This document shows positions 25,878 through 34,076 of a stretch of DNA of 64,000 nt, piece by piece. Under the pieces are notes generated by a model. It saw only the letters and a list, made by a program, of their open reading frames with translations. It did no database searches and was not told the origin of the DNA. Every line of letters starts with the position of its first letter. Positions within the stretch are counted from its first letter, which is position 1. Origin of the DNA: Lentisphaerota bacterium (GTDB lineage: Bacteria > Verrucomicrobiota > Kiritimatiellia > PWTM01); the NCBI GenBank assembly GCA_016873715.1, contig VGWF01000001.1, positions 394-64,393 on the forward strand, read 5' to 3'. A program made the translations under genes and the position numbers.

Positions 25878-28800
25878 ATGAGAACTGCAGCTGCGTGGGC
25901 AGCTCTTCTGCCGGCATTCGTCGCCGCGGTGTCCGCGACGGAGCCCTCCCCGCTGGCCTCTGCGGCGGGCCGGTGGGACATGGCGGCGACGGGGCCGGGG
26001 CTCGCGATGGTCGGCGGAACGGTGGAACTCGGCGTCGCGCTGGAAGGCGCGGAGCGGGAGGCGTCGCTCGCACGGGGAGGGGACGGCCGCGTGGCGCGGT
26101 TCGCCGGCGGACGGCTGGAGCTTCCGCCGGGCGCGCTGACGGCGCTGGATGCGTCGCAGTGGACCGTCGCGGTGCGCCTGCGCGATCCGTCCGGCGCGTG
26201 GACCGGCACCATTTTCGGCGACCGCGGCGACGACCGGCAGGTGAGCGTCGCCTTGCGCGCCGTGGATGGGCTCGACCTGCCGATGCGCGACCGCAACTAC
26301 GTCGGCCACGAGGGGCCGACCGTCGCCGCCTGGCTGTTCAACCCGGGCGGCCCGAGGTCCGTGTCCGGCTCGACCGCGATGATCGAGGCGGTCTGGGGCG
26401 CCCGCGAGCCCAACACGCCCCGGGTCCGGCGCATCCGCGACCTGCAACCGAAGGACTCGAAGCCGAATGCGCTCGAACGGGACGTCGAGAACGGCGTGCT
26501 GCGGGTCGGCTTCCCGGTTGCGCTGCTCGGCCCGGCCGCATGGCACGATGTCGTGCTCGCGCGCACCCGCGCGAAGCTCGAGTTGTGGGTCGACGGCGTG
26601 CTGGTCGATGAGGAGTACCCGATCGGCGCGACGCGCACGCGATCGCAGCCGATGGTCATCGGCGACGGCTTCCGCGGCTGGGTCGACCATGTCGCGGTGT
26701 GGAACCGCGCGCTGGCGCCGGGCGAGATCGCCGCGCTCGCCGGCGGCCGCGAGGAGGTGCGCAGGCGCGAACGGGCCATCCTCGGCGACGAGAGCCCGTC
26801 GATGCAGTACTTCCGCGCCCGAGGCATCAACCGGAAGGCCGGCGATCTGATCCCGTACTGGGACGCGCAGTCCGGCACGTTCCGTCTCTTCTACCTGATC
26901 CTCCGCCGCAACATGCACAGCAAGTGGGACGGCGGACACGGCGGGCTGGAGATCTGGCAGGCCTCGACGAAGGACCTCAAGACGTGGACCCACCCTCCGT
27001 GCACGATCCCCATCACCGAGGAGTGGGAGGCATGGAACGGGACCGGCGCGGTCGCGTTTCACGACGGCCGGTACAACTGGTTCTACCCGACGCCCGACTA
27101 CGACGGGAAGCGCGGCGGCATCCAGCGGGCCGTCAGCGCCGACGGCGTGGTGTTCGCGAAGACGGAGCCGCACCCGTTCCTCGAGGGCGGCGACTGCGAG
27201 GTGTTCGAGGAGGGCGGCCTGTTCCACATGGTCAAGGGCGGCCCGACGCGACAGGCGAAGACGCCGCCGGTCGCCGCCAGGACGCTGGTCGCCTGGGTGA
27301 GGCTCGCCGACCTCGACCAGCGCGGCGGCAGCGCGCTGACCATCGAGCATCCCGACCAGGACCAGTTCGACGGGCTGGTCTTCGGCGAGCGCAGCGCGCG
27401 GCGATGGATGCCCGGCAGCGACCGTTACCAGCGGACGCCCGCGGCGCAGGAGGCGTGGCCCGCGGAGACCGCCGGGCCGGACACCGTGGTGCAGGTCGCC
27501 ATGGTCTGCGACGGCGGGAAGGGCCGGCTGATCCGCGACGGCCGCGTGTACGCGCAGTACGATGTGGCCTGGCCGGTCGTCTTCCCGGCCGGGTCCTCGA
27601 TCCTCATGGGCCTGCGGCACTCGCACGCGACGCGTTCCGGCTCGTACTTCCGCGGCCGCATCCTCGATGCGCGGCTGTACGGCTCCGCGCTGCCGGTGGA
27701 ACAGATCGCGGCGCTCACGCCCGACGCCGCGGGCGGCCCCGAGCCTCTCGCGTGGTTCGACTTCGAGGACGGAACCGCCCGCGACCGTTCCGGGCACTAC
27801 CCGCCCGGACTTCTGCACGGCGACGCCCGCATCGAGGGCGGAGCGCTGATCCTCGGCGACGGCGGCTACCTCAAGACGCCGGGCACCCTGTTCAGCCAGG
27901 TGAGGCTGACGTCGAAGGACCTCGAATCGTGGAGTCCGGTCGAGGGAGCCTTCATCGAGTCCGACAAGCCTCTGGGGATCTGTCCCAACGTCTTCCGCAT
28001 GGGCGACTGGCGCTACTACCTCTGCGGATCCGGCCTCTGGCGGTCGCGCGGTGCGTCCGGTCCGTGGACGGAACATGCGCCGCTTCGCCTCGACAACCTC
28101 GCCGTGCCCAAGACCGCCGCGTTCGGGAAGGACCGGCGCATCTATGCCGGATTCCTCCCCGACGGCGGCTGGGGCGGAAACTCGGTGCTGCGCGAGGTCG
28201 TGCAGGACGCGGAGGGCCGGCTCGGCACGCGCTTCGTGCCGGAGTTGATCCCCGCCTGTGGCGAGCCGCTGAAGCTGCCCGCGGAGCTGCGGGTCGAGGC
28301 GTCCGGCGCACGGGCGGACCGCGAACTGGGCGGCATGCCTGAGGATTACCGGTTGGAGGCCGAGGTGGTGCCCGGGCCGGGAGCGACCGCGTGCGGGCTG
28401 ACCGTTCGCGCGGGCGGGGGTGGGGGCGACGGGTGCGACCTCGTCGTGGAACGCGCGACCGGCCGCGTCCGTTTCTCCGTCATGACCGACAGCGCGGGCG
28501 GGTCGTCGTCTGGCCCGGCGATCGAGGCGGTCGATGGGCTCGACAAGGCCTTCCGGATCGACGTGGTGGTCCGGCACGACATCGTCGACGCCGAGATCGG
28601 CGGCTTCCGGTCGCTCGTCACGCGCTACTGGAACCCCGGCGGCGATCGCCTGCGCCTGTTCGCCGAGGGCGGCCCCGTGACATTCCGGAACGTGCGCGTG
28701 CGGCCCCTGGAAGACCGCTATGAGCCGTATCCGGGCTGGCGCGCGGCGCAGGCCGACGACGATCCGTCCGCGCTGGGCTTCCACCTGATGCACCCGGGCG

Positions 28801-30179
28801 GCGACAGCGCGCCGGGCGACCCGAATGCCGCGTTCTTCCTCGACGGGACCTGCCACCTGCACTACATCCTTCAGCACCCGTGGCAGGGCAAGCGCTCGTT
28901 CTCGTTCGTCCACGTCACCAGCCCCGACCTGCTTCACTGGACTTGGCAGCCGACGAAGCTCCAACCGTCGTTCACGGGCCACGGCATGTTCAGCGGCACC
29001 GGCTTCCTGACGAGGGAGGGCCGGCCGGCCGCGATCTACCACGGGCAGGGCTCCGGGCGGAATCAGATCGCGATCGCGAAGGACCGCCAGCTCTCCGCAT
29101 GGGAGAAACCCTATCCGGTGGAGGTGCGCACCGCCGACGGCAAGGAGGCGGCCATGCGCCACTGGGATCCGGACTGCTTCCTCGTCGGCGACACCTACTA
29201 CGCGATTTCCGGCGGCCAGAATCCTCCGGTGTTCAAATCGAAGGACCTGAAGCAGTGGACCTTCGTCGGGCCGTTCCTGCAGCGGGAGATGCCCGACGTG
29301 CGGTTCGGCGAGGACGTTTCCTGCGCGAACTTCTTCCCGATCGGGAAGGGCTGGATGCTGCTCTGCATCAGCCATCCGCTAGGCTGCCGGTACTACCTCG
29401 GCGATTGGGACGCCAAGTCGGAGCAGTTCGTCCCGCGGTCTCACGGGCGCATGAACTGGCGGCGCGAGGACCAGTCCTTCGAGGAGCCCTGGCGCGACTT
29501 CTTCGCGCCCGAGAGCGTCCTCACGCCCGACGGCAGGCGCGTGATGTGGGCGTGGCTGGCGACGCTGCCCCAACTCGGGCAGAAGACGCTGCAGTCGCTG
29601 CCGCGCGAGCTCAACGTGCCGGACGACGGCATCCTGCGCATCCGGCCGCTGCGCGAACTGGAATCGTTGCGCGCCGCGCCGCGCGTTCTGACGAACGTCG
29701 TTGTGGCGCTGACGCCGCGGCACAACGGAGGCACCGCGCGGCAGCGGATCGCCGAATTGCCCGGCGATGTGTGCGAGGTGCGGATCACGGTCGCGCGCGC
29801 GGAGGCGGAGCACAAGCAGCTCGGGTTCACGCTCTTCTCGGACGGGAAGGGCGGGGGCCTGCCGATCCTCCTCCGCCCGGAGACCCGCACACTGCGCGTC
29901 GGCGCGACCGAGGCGCCGTTCGCCGTCGCCGACCTGCCCGCGGGCGAGGACGTTGTCCTGCGCATCTTCGTCGACAAGTACCTCGTCGAGGTCTTCGCCA
30001 ACGACCGGCAGGCCATGGTCGCGGCGTTCGCGGACTACCGTGGCCGGCCGGGCGTGGACGCGTACACCTTCGGCGCGCCGACGGCGATCCGGACCGTCGA
30101 GACTTGGCGCATGAAGGCCGCCAACCAGGGATACCTGGAGGCGAGACGGAACCGCGCGTGGGAGCCCGCGACGAAATGA
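25878..30179 (+). CDS. Giant secreted multidomain protein (1433 aa) with LamG/ConA-like lectin domains plus two GH32/GH43-clan beta-propeller domains ('PGDPNAAFFLDGTCHLHY', 'RHWDPDCFLVGDTYYA').
   Basis: An RBS 'gaggag' precedes the ATG at 25878. The GH32-like NDPNG/RDP-type motifs are degenerate, so the family is tentative. Confidence 0.8.
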   Translation: MRTAAAWAALLPAFVAAVSATEPSPLASAAGRWDMAATGPGLAMVGGTVELGVALEGAEREASLARGGDGRVARFAGGRLELPPGALTALDASQWTVAVRLRDPSGAWTGTIFGDRGDDRQVSVALRAVDGLDLPMRDRNYVGHEGPTVAAWLFNPGGPRSVSGSTAMIEAVWGAREPNTPRVRRIRDLQPKDSKPNALERDVENGVLRVGFPVALLGPAAWHDVVLARTRAKLELWVDGVLVDEEYPIGATRTRSQPMVIGDGFRGWVDHVAVWNRALAPGEIAALAGGREEVRRRERAILGDESPSMQYFRARGINRKAGDLIPYWDAQSGTFRLFYLILRRNMHSKWDGGHGGLEIWQASTKDLKTWTHPPCTIPITEEWEAWNGTGAVAFHDGRYNWFYPTPDYDGKRGGIQRAVSADGVVFAKTEPHPFLEGGDCEVFEEGGLFHMVKGGPTRQAKTPPVAARTLVAWVRLADLDQRGGSALTIEHPDQDQFDGLVFGERSARRWMPGSDRYQRTPAAQEAWPAETAGPDTVVQVAMVCDGGKGRLIRDGRVYAQYDVAWPVVFPAGSSILMGLRHSHATRSGSYFRGRILDARLYGSALPVEQIAALTPDAAGGPEPLAWFDFEDGTARDRSGHYPPGLLHGDARIEGGALILGDGGYLKTPGTLFSQVRLTSKDLESWSPVEGAFIESDKPLGICPNVFRMGDWRYYLCGSGLWRSRGASGPWTEHAPLRLDNLAVPKTAAFGKDRRIYAGFLPDGGWGGNSVLREVVQDAEGRLGTRFVPELIPACGEPLKLPAELRVEASGARADRELGGMPEDYRLEAEVVPGPGATACGLTVRAGGGGGDGCDLVVERATGRVRFSVMTDSAGGSSSGPAIEAVDGLDKAFRIDVVVRHDIVDAEIGGFRSLVTRYWNPGGDRLRLFAEGGPVTFRNVRVRPLEDRYEPYPGWRAAQADDDPSALGFHLMHPGGDSAPGDPNAAFFLDGTCHLHYILQHPWQGKRSFSFVHVTSPDLLHWTWQPTKLQPSFTGHGMFSGTGFLTREGRPAAIYHGQGSGRNQIAIAKDRQLSAWEKPYPVEVRTADGKEAAMRHWDPDCFLVGDTYYAISGGQNPPVFKSKDLKQWTFVGPFLQREMPDVRFGEDVSCANFFPIGKGWMLLCISHPLGCRYYLGDWDAKSEQFVPRSHGRMNWRREDQSFEEPWRDFFAPESVLTPDGRRVMWAWLATLPQLGQKTLQSLPRELNVPDDGILRIRPLRELESLRAAPRVLTNVVVALTPRHNGGTARQRIAELPGDVCEVRITVARAEAEHKQLGFTLFSDGKGGGLPILLRPETRTLRVGATEAPFAVADLPAGEDVVLRIFVDKYLVEVFANDRQAMVAAFADYRGRPGVDAYTFGAPTAIRTVETWRMKAANQGYLEARRNRAWEPATK

Positions 30180-30264
30180 CGAAGTCCGCCTCGCGCGACG
30201 ATCACGGGACGTCGCGGCCGGCACGCATTCAGGCGCACGCGGCCGCGGTCCGCGGTCGCGGCGA

Positions 30265-30471
30265 CTACAGCTCGCGGGGCATGCAGAGGCTGTCGGATCG
30301 CTTCGCGGTGCGCCCGCAGCCCTGGCAGATGAACTGCGCGTCCTGGACCAACGCCTTGTACTCGGCCCGGTGCGCGTAGTGGAACCCCTCGTACTGGAGG
30401 TAGCAGAGGTGTTCGGTGTGGGTGCCGCACGTGCAATCCCGGTTGTGGTCCTTCTTGGTCTCGCCTTGCAT
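30265..30471 (-). CDS. Small Cys-rich protein (68 aa; 'DCTCGTHTEHLC...FICQGCGRTAKRSDSLC'), possibly zinc-ribbon-like.
   Basis: GC3 is ~90%, typical of real genes here; a 'gggagg' RBS lies ~8 nt upstream of the ATG and there are 7 Cys residues. It is the 3' part of the track ORF 30265..30900. Confidence 0.4.
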   Translation of the reverse strand: MQGETKKDHNRDCTCGTHTEHLCYLQYEGFHYAHRAEYKALVQDAQFICQGCGRTAKRSDSLCMPREL

Positions 30472-30694
30472 CCCGCGCCTCCCGCCCGACGGTTGGTCTC
30501 GAACGTCGGGACTGCGACCAGTGTACGTTGCGCCGCGAGCCGCCGCAACGCGCGGGGTTCGACCGCGGCGGGACGCCGCACCGGGCGGAGTCACTCCCGC
30601 ACCGACCGCCGCCCGGTGTCCCCGCGCACCGCGCTCCGATAACGGCGGCGATGGAGCCGTGACGGGAGGTCGAGGCAGGGCCTGAGCATGGACC

Positions 30695-30734
30695 GCATTG
30701 CCGCGACCATCGGTCGCGGCTACAGTCGCCCGCG
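30695..30734 (+). promoter_or_regulatory. Conserved 40-bp palindromic motif A (GCATTGCCGCGACC-at-CGGTCGCGGCTACAGTCG-cc-CGCG), 100 nt upstream of the sulfatase gene at 30834.
   Basis: Near-identical to 54197..54236. It contains TTGCCG-17-TACAGT and the inverted repeat GCCGCGACC/GGTCGCGGC. Confidence 0.4.
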
Positions 30735-30833
30735 AAGAGGGGGTGCCCGGCCCTCTGAAGGTCCGCGGGGGAGGATCCCGGATGGAACCGCCTCGCGCCT
30801 GTCGGGTCAGCCACGGGCGGTGTCGAGGCTCCC

Positions 30834-32672
30834 ATGAGACGCATGAGCGTGATGCTGGCGGTTCTCGGGTCGGTGGTGACAGGGGTGGCGTTGGCGGCAC
30901 CGAAGCCGAACGTTCTGCTGATCTACACCGACGACCACGGGTGGGCGGACCTGGGGGCGCAGGGGGTCAACGGGGAGATCCGGACACCGAACCTCGACCG
31001 GCTCGCGGCGGACGGGGTGCGCTTCACGCGCGGCTACGTCACGGCCCCGCAGTGCACGCCGTCGCGCGCCGGCGTCATCACGGGCATGTACCAGAACCGC
31101 TTCGGCGTCGAGCACAACGGCATCGCCATGCAGCGGGAGGTCGTGACGCTGCCCGAGCGGCTCCGGGACGCGGGCTACGTCACGGGGATCAGCGGCAAGT
31201 GGCACCTCGACGTGGAGAGCATCCCCGGCGGCGGCAGGCGGCACGCGGCGAGGCCGGACCTCGCCCCGATGCACCAGGGGTTCGACGAGTACTTCACGGG
31301 CACGATGCGGGACTACGAGGCCTCGCACGCGCTGGACGGAACGTCGTTTCCCGACGCGCCGAGGAAGGTGACGGAGAAGGGCTGCCGCGTCGTGATCCAG
31401 ACCGAGGCGGCGCTCTCGTTCCTCAATCGACGAGCGGCGAAACCCACCCAGCCGTGGTTCCTGTACCTGGGCTACTTCGCGCCGCACGTGCCGATGGAGT
31501 CGGCCGAGCCGTGGTTCTCGCAGACGCCGACGAACCTCCCGATGCTGCGGCGGCAGGCGCTGTCGCTGATCGGTGCGATCGACGACGGCGTCGGCCGCAT
31601 CCGCGCGCAACTCGGGGCGATGGGGCAGACGACCAACACGCTGATCTTCCTCATCGGCGACAACGGCGCGCCGCTCGGGAGCGCGTGGGACGGCTCGCTC
31701 AACCTGCCGCTCAAGGGCCAGAAGGGCATGCTCGCCGAGGGCGGCATCCGCACGCCCTTCGTCGCCGCGTGGCCCGGACGGATTCCCGCGGGGTCGGTCT
31801 ACAACCATCCTGTCATCAGCCTGGACGTGGCCGCCACCGCGCTGGCGCAAAGTGGTCATCACGCTCCGCGCGATGACTCGCTGGATGGTGTGGATCTTCT
31901 GCCGTTCCTGACGGGCGCGAAGGACGGCGCGCCGCATGAGACGCTCTACTGGCGCTGGATGACGCAGGCGGCGATCCAGGAGTACCCGCACAAGCTGATC
32001 ATCCTCGGCGACCGCGAGCGGCTGCTCTTCGACATCACCACCCCCGAGGGCGAGAACGTGGAGCGCAACCTGCTCGCAAAGGAGCCGGAGATCGCGGCGC
32101 GGCTGGAGAAGAAGCTGCTGGCGTGGACCGCCGGCCTGAAGCCGCCGGGACTGTCGACGAACTTCGACTCGCACCACGAGGGGCTCTTCGCCGAGCACGA
32201 GATCCTCAAGGCCGGGGCGCCGCCGGAGGGCGCGCGGCGCGGCGCCGCGGCGGAGCCGGGGACCGTCCGGGGCTGGCTGGCGCGCTCGGGGACGCTCGCG
32301 GTGAAGGACGGCGCCCTCGTTCTCGTGCCGGACGCCTCGGGCGGCCGCCCGTTCCTCACGAACGGCGGTCTCGACCTTCCGGGCCCGGCCTCGATCACGA
32401 TGCAGATCCGCGCCGCGGCGGGCGGGAAGAGCGCCGTCACGTGGCGCACGAAACAGCAGCCGGACTTCGTGCCGGCCAACAGCGCCGCCTTCGACTGGCC
32501 CGCCGGTCCCGAGTGGCGGGAGGTGAAGGTGGAGCTGCCCGTCACGGGCCGGCTGATCCACGTGCGGATCACGCCCGCGAAGGAGGCCCGCGGGATCGAG
32601 ATCCGGTCGATCGTCATCCACGGCGCGCAAGGGACGCCGCAGGTGTGGAACTTCGAAGAGAGCGGCACGTGA
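30834..32672 (+). CDS. Sulfatase (CTPSRAGVITGM) with the conserved C-terminal extension domain.
   Basis: Signal peptide; sulfatase motifs; C-terminal domain similar to those of 23966 and 43100. Confidence 0.85.
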   Translation: MRRMSVMLAVLGSVVTGVALAAPKPNVLLIYTDDHGWADLGAQGVNGEIRTPNLDRLAADGVRFTRGYVTAPQCTPSRAGVITGMYQNRFGVEHNGIAMQREVVTLPERLRDAGYVTGISGKWHLDVESIPGGGRRHAARPDLAPMHQGFDEYFTGTMRDYEASHALDGTSFPDAPRKVTEKGCRVVIQTEAALSFLNRRAAKPTQPWFLYLGYFAPHVPMESAEPWFSQTPTNLPMLRRQALSLIGAIDDGVGRIRAQLGAMGQTTNTLIFLIGDNGAPLGSAWDGSLNLPLKGQKGMLAEGGIRTPFVAAWPGRIPAGSVYNHPVISLDVAATALAQSGHHAPRDDSLDGVDLLPFLTGAKDGAPHETLYWRWMTQAAIQEYPHKLIILGDRERLLFDITTPEGENVERNLLAKEPEIAARLEKKLLAWTAGLKPPGLSTNFDSHHEGLFAEHEILKAGAPPEGARRGAAAEPGTVRGWLARSGTLAVKDGALVLVPDASGGRPFLTNGGLDLPGPASITMQIRAAAGGKSAVTWRTKQQPDFVPANSAAFDWPAGPEWREVKVELPVTGRLIHVRITPAKEARGIEIRSIVIHGAQGTPQVWNFEESGT

Positions 32673-32681
32673 TGAGCGGCG

Positions 32682-32706
32682 GGGAGGGTCGCGCCCCGCG
32701 CGACCG
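32682..32706. repeat. REP-like palindrome GGGAGGGTCGCGCCCCGCGCGACCG (copy 1), immediately after the sulfatase stop codon.
   Basis: 8-bp stem GGTCGCGC/GCGCGACC with a CCC loop; two further copies at 36962 and 37072. Confidence 0.7.
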
Positions 32707-32731
32707 CTCGATCGATGAGAGGAATCGACCA

Positions 32732-33997
32732 ATGAGGGCGGACAGGCTTGCGAGGTCCGTCGCCGCGGCGCTGGGGCTCGCGGCGGCTGCCGCCGGGGCG
32801 GAGACGCAGTACATCCTCTTCTGCCGCGCGCCGGGGCAGGGGATGAACCAGGCCCGGCCGGAGACGCTCGGCCGGGCGCAGTTCGAGGAGGTCCTTGCGC
32901 GCTTTCCGAACCGGCCGTCGGCGCCGGTGCAGACCGGGATCAGCTTCGTCTTCTCGCCCCTGCGCACGGCGCCGGAGACCACGGCGCGGGCGTTGGAGAC
33001 GTTCCTCGCGGCCGCGGAGTCGACCGAGACCCCGGTGGTCGTACAGATCGACCTCGAGCACTGGTGGGAGGCGCGGCCGGACCTCTGGAACTGGTGGGAT
33101 CCGGCGAAGCCCGGCTACGATCCCGCCAACCGCGCGAACGTCGAATGGACCGGCGGGTCGCCGGAGGACGCGGTGAAGATCGCGTGGCGAAACTGGGGCC
33201 GGGAGATCCGCATCCTTCCGCCGCCGAACCTCGCGAGCCCGCGCTACCTCGCCGCCTGCCGCGACGAGATCCGCCGCCTCGTGCCCGTCGTGATGGCGTG
33301 GCATGCGCGGCTTCCGGAGGGGCGAAAGCACCTGCTGATCGGGATCAAGCTCGGCCACGAGACCTCGATCGGCGTCAACGCCTACCACCATCCGGGCGGC
33401 AACGCGCGGCTCGACCGTCCGGCGGCGGAGGATCCCGTGCGGCCGCTGGACCCCGATGACGTGACGGCGCGCGGCATGGCGCCGCTCGGTTACGCGGCGC
33501 TCGCGACGCTCGGCGTCCGGACGAACGGCGCGCCGACCGAGGCGGACCTGCGCGACGTCGCCCGCGGTTACCTGGCGGGTCTCTGCGCCGAGGCGGCGAA
33601 GGCGGGCGTTCCGCGCCGGCTCCTGTTCGCGCACGGCGCCGGGTGGAAGGACGGCGAGCTCATCTACGACGTGCCCGTCAATCCGCACGCCTGCCCGGGC
33701 TGGAGCTTCTACAAGCACGCGGCCGATCCGCGGCGGGATGCCGGCGTGCAGCGGAACGTGGCGGCCTCCGACGCGCCGTTCTGGGCGGCCTGCGAATGGC
33801 TCTTCCAGGGGCCCCGCACCGAGGCGGCCTGGAGCGGCGCGCTCGCCGCGACGCTGGCCGACCGGCGCTGCCGCTACCTGTGCGTCTTCAACTGGGAGGG
33901 CATCCGCGCCCACGAGCCCGTGATGCGGGCGATCGACGCATGCCTCCGCGAGCAAGCCGCGGACCTGCGTTCGAATTCTCCCACGGGTGGATCGTGA
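32732..33997 (+). CDS. Hypothetical secreted protein (signal peptide MRADRLARSVAAALGLAAAAAGA).
   Basis: 421-aa ORF; an RBS 'gagagga' precedes the ATG at 32732; no recognisable family. Confidence 0.6.
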   Translation: MRADRLARSVAAALGLAAAAAGAETQYILFCRAPGQGMNQARPETLGRAQFEEVLARFPNRPSAPVQTGISFVFSPLRTAPETTARALETFLAAAESTETPVVVQIDLEHWWEARPDLWNWWDPAKPGYDPANRANVEWTGGSPEDAVKIAWRNWGREIRILPPPNLASPRYLAACRDEIRRLVPVVMAWHARLPEGRKHLLIGIKLGHETSIGVNAYHHPGGNARLDRPAAEDPVRPLDPDDVTARGMAPLGYAALATLGVRTNGAPTEADLRDVARGYLAGLCAEAAKAGVPRRLLFAHGAGWKDGELIYDVPVNPHACPGWSFYKHAADPRRDAGVQRNVAASDAPFWAACEWLFQGPRTEAAWSGALAATLADRRCRYLCVFNWEGIRAHEPVMRAIDACLREQAADLRSNSPTGGS

Positions 33998-34076
33998 ACG
34001 ACGCCCGCGCCACGCCCGCGGCAGAATGGGGGAATCGGAAACAGCCTGTTCGTGTGACCCGGATGGAGCCGCGACC

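Noticed and set aside
30698-30790. Apparent amino-acid similarity ('LPRPxVAATVxR', 'RIAATxGRGYSRPR') between spurious ORFs upstream of two sulfatases.
   Set aside because: It is a consequence of the 40-bp nucleotide motif A/B being nearly identical. The motifs are palindromic DNA elements, not coding.
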